Of a stretch of 64,000 nucleotides of DNA, positions 1-11,800 are shown one piece after another. The stretch is from Hemiscyllium ocellatum. Lineage: Eukaryota. Made by a program: the position numbers and the translations under genes. The stretch spans positions 35,756,121-35,820,120 of the forward strand of contig NC_083435.1 in assembly GCF_020745735.1 (NCBI RefSeq), read 5' to 3'. The notes under the pieces are model-generated. The model was not told where the DNA came from and did not search any database. It saw nothing but the letters and a program-made list of their open reading frames with translations. Position 1 is the first letter of the stretch. The number at the start of each line of letters is the position of its first letter.

Positions 1-223
1 GGCATTAAGGATTTTCCGGAGGTGACTAACATTGTGATAGTCAATGGAGTTCAACTCAATTACCATGACACTAATGTTGGTCGGATGGTCCCCAGGTAGC
101 AGTTCATGGTGGACTATTTTGATGCAGAATATTGGCAATATCTCACAGGTCTCGGGAATACACGATCAGACATGGCAAAGGAGAATCTGAATACAATGAT
201 GAAAAGGACAAACCGGACATCTG
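1..223 (+). pseudogene. MHC class I alpha1 exon (partial), copy 1
   Basis: Frame 1 reads GIKDFPEVTNIVIVNGVQLNYHDTNVGRMVPR*QFMVDYFDAEYWQYLTGLGNTRSDMAKENLNTMMKRTNRTS-G. It has class I motifs PE..V, D37, EYW and the N86-x-T sequon. Donor G|GTAAGT at 223/224. Confidence 0.9.
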
Positions 224-246
224 GTAAGTTCAGTGATACGGAATTT

Positions 247-563
247 CATAGAATTCCTACAATGTGGAAGCAGGCCACTTGAGTCCATATTGACTCTCCA
301 AAGAACATCCCACCCACTCCATTCCTGTAACTCCACATTTTTCATGGCTAACCCACCGAGCCTGCACGTCCTGAGACGTTATGGGTAATTTAGCATGGTC
401 AATCCACTAACCTGCATTGGACTGTGGGAAGAAACTGGAGCACCCAGAGAGTGCAGACACAGGGAGAACGTGTAAACTCCATATGGACAGTCACCTGAGG
501 CTAGGATTGAACCTGGGTCCCTGATGCTGTGAGTCAACAGTGCTAACCACTGAGCTGCTGGGC
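247..563 (-). mobile_element. HE1-type tRNA-derived SINE (diverged)
   Basis: Reverse strand reads GCTCAGTGGTTAGCACTG (A box), GGTTCAATCC (B box) and the GGTTTCTTCCCACAGTCC core. Confidence 0.8.
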
Positions 564-1196
564 TTCCATTTCTCCAATTTGGATTATTTTCTCACTGTCT
601 GTCTGATCTCTCTCTCTGTGTAAGAAATAGGAACAGGAGTAGGCCATTCGAATTGTTGAACCTGCTCCCTCATTCAATGGGATCATGGCTGATCCGACAT
701 TCCTCACATTCACTTTCCTTTCTCCGCAAACTCACGATTCCCCGATCGATCCAAAATTTCTCCGTCTCAGCCTTAAAATATGATTGGACTGGGGTGGACA
801 AAGTTACGTGGCACCAGGCTACAGTTCAGCAGGTTTATCTAGAATCACAATTTGAATGTTTAACCTGATGAGGGAGCAACGCTTCGAAAGCTTGTGATTT
901 CAAATAAACCTGCTGGACCATAACCTGGTGTCATGTGACCTCTGACCTTAGCCTTAAACATGCAAAGGATGTGTTCCCCACAGCTCTCTCTGGCAAGGAC
1001 TATCAATCCTCCTCATCTCCTCCTCATCTCAGTTTTAAATTGGCGCCCCTTTATTCTGAGTCTGTGCCCTCTGAGCCTAGACTCTCCCATGAGGAAAAAC
1101 ATTCTCTCAGCATTTACCCTGTCCAGCCCCTTCAGAATCTGATATGTTTCAATGGGATCACCTCTCATCCTTCGAAACTCCAGTAAATAGACTCCC

Positions 1197-2418
1197 ATAC
1201 GAAGAACAAAGAAAATTTACAGCCCAGGAACAGGCCTTTCAGCCTTCTAAGCCTGACCCGATCCAAATGTACTGTCTAAACCTGTTGGTCAATTCCTAAG
1301 CATCTGTATTCCTGTGCTCCCCACTTCCTCATGTATCTGTCCAGACGCATCTTAAATGAATCTACCGTGCCTACCTCTACCACCTCTGCTGGCAACACGT
1401 TCCAAACACCCACCACTCTCTGTGTGATGTACTTGCCACGTGTATCCCCCTTAAACTTTCCACCTCTCACCCTGAGAGTGTGACCTCTCGTTATTGAATC
1501 CTTCTCCCTGGGAAAAAGCTTGTCTCTTTCATAATTTTATAAACCTCAATCAGGTTCCCCCCATAATCTCCTTTTTTCTAGTGAAAATAAATCTAACCTA
1601 CTCAGCCTCTCTTCATAGCGAGCACCTTCCATACCAGGCAACGTCCTCGTAAACCTTCTCTGCATCCTCTCCAAAGCGTCCACATCCTTTTGGCACATCC
1701 TTTTGGTAATGTGGTGACCAGAACTGTACACAGTATTCTAAATGTGGCCCAACCAATGTCGTGTACAATTTTAACATGACCTGCCAGCTCTTATACCCAA
1801 TACCCCGTCCGATGAACACAAGCATACTATATACCTTCATGACCACTCTATCCACCTGTGCAGCAACCTTCGGGGTACAATGGACCTGCACTCCCAGATC
1901 TCTCTGTTCATCAACTTTTCCCAAGGCTTTTCCTTTCATTGTATAATTCACTCTAGAATTAGTCTTACCTAAATATATCACCTCACATTGTCTGGATTGA
2001 AAGTCATCTGCCACTTTTATGCCCAACTCTCCAGTCTATCTATATCCTCCTGTATTCTCTGACAGTCCCTTATGCTTTCTGCTACTCCACCAATCTTTGT
2101 GGCATCTACAAACTTGCTGATCATTCCAACAGTGCTCTCTTCCAGATCATTTATGTAGATTACAAACAACAGTGACCCCAGCACTGACCCCTGTGAAACA
2201 CTACTGGTCACCTTTCTCCATTTCGAGAAACTCCCTTCAACTACTACTCTCTGTCTCCTGTTGCTCAACCAGTTTCTTATCCACCTAGCTAGAACACCCT
2301 GCACACCATGTGACTTCACTTTCTCCATCAGTCTACCATGGGGAACCTTATCAAATGCCTTTCTAAAGTCCATGTATATGACACCTACAGCCCTTCTTTC
2401 ATCTATCAACTTGGTCAG
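1197..2418 (-). mobile_element. 5'-truncated CR1 LINE (RT domain and 3' end)
   Basis: Minus ORFs with [30 protein letters not shown] and LERMQRRFTR. Confidence 0.9.
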
Positions 2419-3416
2419 TATTGTTTAGCCTTTGCTCATATGACAATCCCTCCACACCAGGGATCCTCCCAGTGAATCTTCTCTGAACTGCCTGGAATGA
2501 AATATTATTTTTCCTTAAATAAGAGAATAAAACTGCTCTCAGTACTGCAAATGTGGTCTCACCAGCATCTTGTACCATTATATTAAGACTTCCCTACACT
2601 TACACTCTAACCCTTTGAAACAAGGGAGAACATTTCATGCCCCTTCCTGGTTACCTGCTGCCCTTGTGTGCTAGCTTTCTGTGTTTCCTGTATAAATCCA
2701 TTTTTATTACAGCTTTTCACCAGTTTCAATGAGACTCTGTTCTCCCTCTGTCTCCTTTCGAGCTTCCTACCCCATTCCCCAGGGTTCAGGGTCACTCACT
2801 GAAGAGTAATGTTGAATATGGTGCAGATGGTACCCCTCTGGGTTCTGCATCAGCAGGTTGTAGGTACAAAGCCTACCCCAGGATATTAATACAACAATTA
2901 CACTGAACATGCCAGTTCAGGCTTTACAGAATGCTGTGCTGTTGAAGTCACTGTCTGTCAGATGAGATGCTGAACAGAGTCCCCGTTGGCTTTATGCAGA
3001 TGAACCTTTGAAGAAGAGCAGGGAAGTTATCCTTGGTCAGTACCAAACTATAATGAGCATCATTTGCAGCTTGTAGGAGCCTTCCTGTGTGCAAAATATC
3101 TCCAACATTTCCTCCTTTTCAAAACAATTATGAAAATTAATGAACTGTATTACACTTTAGCATGCCCTGAGATCTGGAAACTTACTTTTTGAAAACAAGT
3201 CTAATTTTATTCTTTTTCTTTTCAATGAGTGACAGGCAGTGCCCTGGCCTGAGTTATACTGTCTCCTGTAACATTTCAGCATTCCATATGGAGTACAATT
3301 TGAACAGGAGATTTGCAGAGTGTTACTTTATTCCTTTTCCCTATTCTGACTGAGATATTTATAAAGTTGCGTCACACTAATGAAGATCAAGAGATGGTTA
3401 TGATCGAATGAATGAT

Positions 3417-3758
3417 CCACTCAGTCCATCTCCCAACACCAATCTCTGGGTCACTCCACTCAGTCCATTCCCCAGCACTGACCTTTGGTTCACTCCAGTC
3501 AGTCCATCCCCCAGCACTGACCTCTGGGTCACTCCACTCAGTCCATCCCCCAGCACTGACCCCTGGGTCACCCCACTCAGTCCATTCCCCAGCACTGACC
3601 CCTGGGTCACTCCAATCAGTCCATCCCCAGCACTGACCCCTGGGTCACTCTACTCAGTCCATCTCCCAGCACTGACCCCTGGGACACTCCAATCAGTCCA
3701 TCCCCAGCACTGACCCCTGGGTCACTCCACTCAGTCCATCCCCCAGCACTGACCCCTG
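3417..3758. repeat. 39-bp minisatellite, about 9 copies, in the alpha1-alpha2 intron
   Basis: Unit CCACTCAGTCCATCCCCCAGCACTGACCCCTGGGTCACT. Confidence 0.95.
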
Positions 3759-3884
3759 ATATCATTTAGTACTGGACAGTAATCACTGTTTCTACCTGAT
3801 ACTAGATTATGTTTCCCCTCTGATCAGAGTGATTGTCATTTTATGCAAACAATTTAATACTATTTCCTGTTTGATCATTGGCAG

Positions 3885-4160
3885 GAATTCACACGTTTCA
3901 ATGGATAGCAATTGCCGAGATCACTGATGACGGCTCTATTAAGAGATCAATGCGAGTTGGATTTGATGGAAAGGATTACCTCAGCTTAGATCCAGATAGA
4001 ATGAGATGGATCGCAACCAATCACAATGCAGTGAAGACTAAAGAGAAATGGAATGCTGATGAATCCTGGAACAAATATTGGGAAACACATCTCGAGCAAG
4101 GGTTTGTTGAGCATTTAAAGCGATATCTGGACGCTGGAAAGCGGTATTTTGGAAGGAAAA
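3885..4160 (+). CDS. MHC class I alpha2 exon, copy 1
   Basis: Acceptor GGCAG| and donor A|GTATGT; 276 nt. Reads IHTFQW...GFDGKDYLSL...W...KTKEKW...HLEQGFVEHLKRYLDAGK. Confidence 0.93.
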
Positions 4161-4276
4161 GTATGTGTTTCTGTTTTGCTCCATATTCTGATCTAACCCC
4201 ACTGATCTATGAAACTGTTCTCCCATTCCATTCAGTGTCTGTTTATTGTTTGTGTTTTCACCCTTTCCCATCACAG

Positions 4277-4555
4277 TTCAGCCTGAAGTGTTCATCTCCA
4301 GGAGGGAGCCCAATGGTCAGGACAAGCCACTCACTCTCTCCTGCCTGGTCACTGAGTTTGATCCTGTAGACATCGAGGTGACCTGGCTAAGGAATGGAGA
4401 GGTCATGTCTGAGACCCAATCCTCAGGGGTACGACCGAACCACGATGGGACCCAACAGATCCAGAAAGAGATTGAGATCAATGCTGGGGATGAGGATCAA
4501 TACTCCTGTCAAATTGAACACAGCAGCCTGGCAGAGGGCAAGCTCAATCAGTGGG
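4277..4555 (+). CDS. MHC class I alpha3 (Ig C1-set) exon, copy 1
   Basis: Acceptor TCACAG| and donor G|GTAAGG. Reads QPEV...LSCLVTEFDPVDIEVTWLRNG...RPNHDGT...YSCQIEHSSL, with both Ig cysteines and the Trp present. Confidence 0.95.
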
Positions 4556-4758
4556 GTAAGGGACTGGAGTGTCTGTGTGAGTGTGTGTGTGTGTGTGTGT
4601 CTGTCTGTCTGTTCCACCATGAATTGAGGTTGCTCTGATCTGTCCCTCACTCCCTTTCCCCATTCCTGCTCCGTGTCTTTTGCTGCTCTTACCCAACAAA
4701 ACCCTCCTGATCTCAGGCTGGAAATATTCAATTGATCCTCAGCGCTCACAGCAATTTG

Positions 4759-5490
4759 GTATGAGGAAAGGCTGAGGCACTTGGGGCTGTTCTCATTGGA
4801 GAAAAGAAGGTTTAGGGGAGATTTGATAGAGGTGTACAAGATGATTAGGGGTTTAGATAGGGTTGACAGTGAGAACCTTTTTCCACTAATGGAGTCAGCT
4901 GTTAGATTAGATTAGACTTAGATTAGACTTACAGTGTGGAAACAGGCCCTTCGGCCCAACAAGTCCACACCGACCCGCCGAAGCGCAACCCACCCATACC
5001 CCTACATTCACCCCTACCTAACACTATGGGCAATTTAGCATGGCCAATTCAACTGACCCGCACATCTTTGGACTATGGGAGGAAACCGGAGCACCCGGAG
5101 GAAACCCACACAGACACGGGGAGAACGTGCAAACTCCACACAGTCAGTCGCCTGAGTCGGGAATTGAACCCGGGTCTCAGGTGCTGTGAGGCAGCAGTGC
5201 TAACCACTGTGCCACCGTGCCGCCCACTAGGGGACACAGCTTTAAATTAAGGGGTGGTAGGTATAGGACAGATGTTAGAGGTAGATTCTTTACTCAGCGG
5301 GTTGTGAGTTCATGGAATGCCTTGCCAGTAGCAGTGGTGGACTCTCCCTCTTTATGGTCATTTAAGCGGGCTTTGGATAAGCATATGGAGGTTATTGGGC
5401 TAGTGTAGGTTAGGTAGGCTTCGGTCGGCGCAACATCGAGGGCTGAAGGGCCTGTACTGCGCTGTATTTTTCTATGTTCTATGTTCTAAC
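4759..5490 (+). mobile_element. CR1 3' fragment split by an HE1 SINE
   Basis: [17 protein letters not shown]...GHSFKLRGGRY..DVRGRFFTQRVV, with a (CTATGTT)-type tail near 5475. Confidence 0.85.
4903..5225 (-). mobile_element. HE1-type SINE, full length, young
   Basis: Complete GGCGGCACGGTGGCACAGTGGTTAGC head with a (TAATC)n tail. Confidence 0.92.
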
Positions 5491-5607
5491 TCCAGATTTC
5501 CATCAGCGAATTTCTGAGGTATTGTTTCTTGATTTCCCTCCTAAATAATTTCACCCTAATTTGAAGGTGGTTCTCCCTTGTCCCAGATTCCAGCACCAGT
5601 TTATTCC

Positions 5608-5841
5608 TGTAGTGATTACACCAGGGTCAGCCAGCTGCACCCCGTCAATAGGAGGTCTCTAATTGGGCCGTTAACCTGATCCAATCAGGGAGTCCTGACT
5701 GACATTAAAAAAAGGGTGTGTCAGAGGTATTGAGGGTCTGGCAGTTGACTCTGAATGAGGGGCTTCTAAAGTTAAGGACTGATCATGTGTAAACAACGAG
5801 TGGCTTGCTAGGGGAACACGAGCTTCTGTAGGGTTATTTCA
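5608..5841 (+). repeat. Gypsy 5' LTR
   Basis: TG...CA ends; shares CCAATCAGGGAG, GTGTCAGAG, TGACTCTGAA and CTAAAGT.AAGGACTG with 16795-17018. Confidence 0.75.
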
Positions 5842-6287
5842 GTGGCGATGGGGGTAAAGCACAATCCTGAAGAAACTTGCTCAGAACAGGCAGCTTTCAA
5901 TCAGGGAAGCATTTGTTTGGGAAACTTGACTCATTCAATCCTGCGATCAAGGACTGGGCCCAGTTTGTGAAAATAATGCAGCATATTGTCTGGGCAAACA
6001 ACATTGTGGCAGACGAAAAGCAACATGTAATTCTCCTGACAGTCTGTGGAGCTGCAGAGTTTTCTGTTATTAGGACCCTAGCTTTCCTTCAGGCAAGAGA
6101 TACTAAAACCTATCAAGCATTAATGGAGATAATTAAGGAATGTTATGAGCAAAAGCTTCCTCTAATTCCGAGACATGATTATTTTTATTTGGCAATTCAA
6201 GAACGAGGGGAATCCACATCAGGATTTTTGACTCAGTTAAGAAGACTGGTTTAACCATTAATGAGATACACAGAGAATGCTATGTGG

Positions 6288-6401
6288 AATTACTGATGTA
6301 ACTATGATGTAATTACTGATGTAACTATGATGTAATCACTGATGTAACTATGATGTAATCACTGATGTAACTATGATGTAATTACTGATGTAACTATGAT
6401 G
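6288..6401. repeat. 23-bp tandem repeat, about 5 copies, in Gypsy gag
   Basis: Unit ATTACTGATGTAACTATGATGTA. Confidence 0.95.
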
Positions 6402-7413
6402 AAACACCTTCTGGCTGAAGCTCGACTGGACTTCAAGCAGGCACTACAACTGGCTTTATCATTGGAAAATGCAGCAAGTTGAACCAGTTCAGTTACCAGT
6501 GATTGCGCTAAAAGCTTCAAATCCAAGATTAATGTTTCCCACGTTTCCCAAACAAATGCTTAATGGGGCGAAATCAGTTGTGAGAGATTCACCCCGAATG
6601 GCTCAATATGTTTCAATTAGAAAATGGCTGCTTGAGTGAAATTCAATTTACTTACCTGTAGATCATCCAGGAAGATCTAGGGGTTATCAGAGGAGTCAAG
6701 CCACCTTGCATGTTGACCAGGAATCAATCCCATGATGCTGTAAGGCCTGCCCAGTGCCATTGGCCTTACGGGCAAATGTCAAGGCAGAAATTAGAAGGCT
6801 GGAAAGTGAAGGAATGATCAAACCAGTCCAGTTTGTGGAATAGGCAGCAGTGATTGGAATGGTACTGAAGCCCAGTGGGTCGGTTTGCCTTTGTGGGGAT
6901 TTTAAACAAAGTGTAAACTGCTTTTGACAGCAGAATAGATAGGCAGCCCCTCAGGATTTGTGCCCAACGTTGGTGCAGGATGGGAGTTCTCCTTCACACG
7001 GCTGGACATGAGCCACACTTACTTGCAATTGTGATTAGACCAGGTTCCCAGACGTATGCTACAATTAATATCCATCAGGGATTGTACCAAGATACAACAC
7101 TGTCATTTGAGGTATTGTCAGCCTGTTCGATCTTTCAGTGAACAATAGAGAACATCTTGCATGGTCTACCCTGGTCATCATTTACTTAAATGACAAATGA
7201 ACCAATAACATGGAAAATTAATAAGGAGCACTGAAAGAGTCCTAAGATGGTTGTCCAAGGCAGGCATATACCTACGAAGGGAAGAATGTGTGTCCCAGGT
7301 CCCCCAAGTGATTGACTTGGGCTACAGATTTGTCAATTCCAGGTTACGCCTGTTGCTTGGGTCGCATCTTGGGCTGGTGAATTATTTTGGAAAGTTTGTA
7401 CTTAACCTTTGGT

Positions 7414-7683
7414 GGGTGGCACGGTGACACAGTGGTTAGCACTGCTGCCTCACAGCGCCAGAAACCCGGGTTCAATTCCCGCCTCAGGCGACTGACTGTG
7501 TGGGTGCTCTGGTTTCCTCCCACAGTCCAAAGATGTGCGGGTCAGGTGAATTGGCCATGCTAAATTGCCCGTAGTGTTAGGTAAGGGGTAAATGTAGGGG
7601 TATGGGTGGGTTACGCTTTGGTGAGTCGGTGTGGACTTGTTGGGCCGAAGGGCCTGTTTCCACACTGTGAGTAATCTAATCTA
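7414..7683 (+). mobile_element. HE1-type SINE with internal deletion
   Basis: Head and TAATCTAATC tail present; the GGAGTTTGCAC..GGGTTTCCTCC segment is missing. Confidence 0.88.
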
Positions 7684-8102
7684 ATATATAAAAAACCTGG
7701 CCTCTGTCCTGGCATCGTAACATCAACTCGTGACAGAAAGGATCAGTCTGGGAAATGGTTGCAAACATAAGCCCGTGCTTTCAATGAAGTAACAAAACAA
7801 CTATCATCCACCAAGGATCCCAAGAAAGGTCTAGTATTGACATACAATGTTTTCCCGCACAGCATTGATGGCTCAATAGAGAGGAACATCCAAGAGAATT
7901 TACATCTAGGACTTTGGCCGATGCAGCACGTAAATACACCCAGATACAGAAGGAAGGATTGATGGTCATATTTGGAGTCAGGACGTGCCACCAATACCTT
8001 TATGAATTAAAATTTGTGATGGATTGAGCCACCTACCATTAACAAATACATCACTGGTTGTATCCCCAATGGTAGAGTCTATAATGGTATTAAATATTTT
8101 GG

Positions 8103-8194
8103 CTGAAAAATGTGTTGCTGGAAAAGCGCAGCAGATCAGGCAGCATCCAAGGAGCAGGAGAATTGATGTTTTGGGCATAAGCCCTTCTTCAGGA
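8103..8194 (-). mobile_element. 92-bp PLE terminal-repeat insertion with 14-bp TSD inside the Gypsy element
   Basis: TSD ATTAAATATTTTGG at 8089-8102 and 8195-8208. Confidence 0.85.
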
Positions 8195-8819
8195 ATTAAA
8201 TATTTTGGATGTGCTCCTGATTAGGGCTGACAATAACAGACTTTGGACACAGAAAAATCCAATCCCTTCAAAACTGAAACAACTTGTAGTTATGGGGGAA
8301 ACAAAAAGGCCATTGCAATCCTTTGAATTAAAAAATGTTTGGACCCAGAGAGGCCAGTTCATGGCCGAGGGCAGCATCTTGTTCTGGGGAGCAGGAGTGA
8401 TTGGCCTGAGCAAGGGTCACTGCCAAACACTGACTGAACTCGACCAGGGGTCTCCAAAATGAAGATGTTGGTGAGACACAATGTCGAGTGGCCAGGCCTG
8501 GGTGTAGACATAGCTGTTTTGGAGGGGCAGTGCCCAGAGTGCCAACAAGGACAAAAATTACCATCAACAGCTCACCCACATTCAAGGCAATGGCCGGGTG
8601 AATGTTGGATTTGGTTGCACGTTGACTTTACAGGTGCTTTCATGGGCTCAATGTTCTTAGTTATTGTAGTTACCAACCCAAACTGAGTGGGTGTGCATAG
8701 GGTCCCTTCACCAAACTCTTGGATGATGATAGAAAAGCCACACACATCTTTTTCAACACATTCAACCCAACACAGAGTCATACAGCTCAGAAACAGAGCT
8801 CTCAGTCTAACATTTCTGC

Positions 8820-11800
8820 ACTGATCAGGTAGCCCAATCTGACCTGGTCCCATTTGCCAGAATTTGGTCTATACCCTTGAAACCCTTCCTATTCATATAC
8901 CCACCCAGATGCCTTTCAAATGTTGTCATTATACCAGCCTCCACCACATCCTCTGGAAGCTCATTCCATGCACACATCACCCTCTGCATGAAAAGGCTAC
9001 CCCTCTGATCCTTTTTAAATCTTACCCCTTTCACTTTAAGCCTGTACTGTCTGGATTTGGAGTCCTCTACCCTGGGGAAGAAGACCTTGCCTGTTCACAC
9101 TATCCAGGCCCCTCATGATTTTATTAACCAGCCTCCGACGCTCCATGGGAAAAAGTGCCAGCCTACTGAGTCTCTCCCTCTAACTCAAACCCTCCAACCC
9201 TGGCAACATCTTTGCAAATCTTTTCTCTCCCCTCTCAAGTTTCACAATCTCTTTCCCAAAGAAGCGAGACCAGAATGGAAAGCCGTATCCTAAAGGTGGC
9301 CTCACCAATTACATCACAGCTCTTCTACTCAATGAAGGTAGGCATACCAAACAGATTCTTCACCATCCTGTCTATCTGCAACTCCACTTTAAACAATCTG
9401 TGCATCGCCACCTCAAGGTCTCTTTGTTTGGCAACACTCCCCAGGCCCGACCATTAACTGTAACCAAATGTCCTGTCCTGGTTTGCCTTACCAAAGTTCA
9501 ACACCTCACATTTATCTCAAACTCAATCTGCAACTCTCTGGCATATTGGCCCATCTGGTCAAGGTCTCGTTGTACTCCGAGATAATCTTCTTCACTGTCC
9601 ATTGCCAATTTTGATATCATCTGCAAACTTACTAACCACACCTGCTATACTCACATCCAAATCCTTTATGTAGAACATCGAACTGAGAATTGTACAGCAC
9701 AGGAATGAGCCCTTTGCCCCACAGTGTCATGCCCAACATGATGCCAATCCCTTCTGGCTGCTATTGGTCCATATCCCTCCATTCCTTGCATATTCATGTG
9801 GTTATCTACAACGCCCTTAAATGCCCTTATCGTACCTGCCTCAACTCCCACCCCGGACATTGTGTTCTAGACTCCTACCTCTTTCTGTGTAAAAAGACCT
9901 GCTCATCACATCTCCTTTGAACTTTCCCCCTTTCACCTTAAATGCATTCCTTCTAGTATTAGCTATTTCTACTCTGGGAAAAGATTTTAGCCATCAACCC
10001 TATCCATGCATTTCATAATTTTATAGACTTCTATCAAGTCTCCCCTCAGCTTCCTCCACTCTTGAGAAAACAACCTGAGTTTTTCTAGCCTCTCCTTATA
10101 GCTCATACCCTCTAATCCAGGCAGCATCTTGGTAAACCTCTTCTGCACCCTCTTCAAAGCTTCCACACCCTTCCTCTAATGTGACGACCAGAATTGAATG
10201 TAATACTCGAAGTGTGGCCTAAGTGTAGCAGTCTTACAAAGCTGCAATATGACACCCTGACTCTTTTAGTCGATTCCCTGACCAGTAAAGGCAAGTATGC
10301 CATATACCATATTTACCATTCTATCTACTTGTGTGGTCACTTTCAAGGAGCTATGAACTTGAATCCCAAGATCCTTCTCTATATCAGTGTTATTCAGAGT
10401 CTTTCCATTAACTGTATCATTTTCCCTCACATTTGTTCTCCCACAGTGCAGCCCCTCATACCAAAATTAAACTCTACCTACCATTCTTCTGTTCATATCT
10501 GCAACTGATCTATATAAATGATGAAAAGCAGTGGACCCAGCACCGATTCTTGTGGCACACCACTGGTCACAGGCCTCCAGTCCAAAAAGCAATCCTCTTC
10601 GACACCCTCCGTCTCCCACCTTGAAGCCAATTTTTATATTCAACTGGCTAGCTCCTCTGGTCCCATGTGATCTAACCTTACTAACCAGTCTACATGCAAA
10701 ACTTTGTCAAATACTTTGCTGAAGTCCATATGGACAACATCTACCCCTCTACCTTCACCAATCTTTTTTGTTACCTCTTCAAAAAACTCATTCAAATTAC
10801 TGAAACACAGTTTCCCACGCACAAAGCCATGTTGTCTATCCCTAATCAGTCCTTGCTTTCCAAATGCATGTAAATCCTATTTCTCAGAATCCTCTCCAAC
10901 AACATGCCCATCGCTGAGTCAGGCTCACCTCTGGTTTTTCATTCCAGCTTTTCTTCAGTAGTGGCACCGCATTAGCCACCCTCCAGTCTTAGGGCACCTC
11001 AGCTTTGGCTGTTGATGATACAAAAATCTGAGCGAGGCACCCAGCATTCTCTTCCCTAGCTTCCCACAGAATTCTGGGTAACACCTGATCAGGGATTTAT
11101 CTGCCTTAATTTTAAGATCTTCAGCACCTCCTCTTCTGTAATGTGGACGGTTTTCAAGACATCTCTATTTATTTTCTCAAGTTCCCTGGCTTCCATATCC
11201 TTCTCCACAGTAAATACTGATATTAAATATGTGATTAGTATCTGAGTGATCTCCTGTGGTTCCACACATAGACGGCCACATTGATCTTTAAGTGCCCCAT
11301 TCTCTCCCTAGTTACTCTTTTGCCCGTATGCACTTGGAGAATCTCTTTGGGTTCTCCTTAACTCCATTTGCTAAAGCTATCTCATGTCCCTTTTTTGTCC
11401 TCCTGATTTCCCTCCTAAGTATACCCTTCCTGTCATTATACTCTTCTCAGGATTCACACAATCCCTGCTGTCTGTAACTGACAAATGCAGCTTTCTGTTT
11501 CTTGACCAGGACCTCAATTTCTCTCGTCATAAGAATCTAAGAACTGGGAGCAGGAGTAGGCCATCCTGCCCTTCCAGCCTGCCCCACCATTAAACAAGAT
11601 CATGGCTGATCTTTTTGTGGACTCAGATCCACGTACCCACCCTCTCACTGTATTCTTTAGTTCCTTTATTTTAAAAAAAATTACTGAAGTAGCATCAACT
11701 ACTTCCCTGGGCAAGGAATTCCATAGATTAACAACCCTGTGGGTGAAGAGATTCCTTCTCAGTTCAGTCCAAAAACTGCTACCTCTAACCTTGAGGCCAT

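Noticed and set aside
3398-3713. ORFs of 70-101 aa in the track
   Set aside because: Artefacts of the stop-free 39-bp minisatellite.
3417-3758. Regular repeats as a CRISPR-like array (also 55528-55767)
   Set aside because: Head-to-tail units with no unique spacers, in a vertebrate context with no cas genes.
4903-5225. tRNA gene (A and B boxes)
   Set aside because: This is the tRNA-derived head of an HE1 SINE, continuing into the SINE core and tail.
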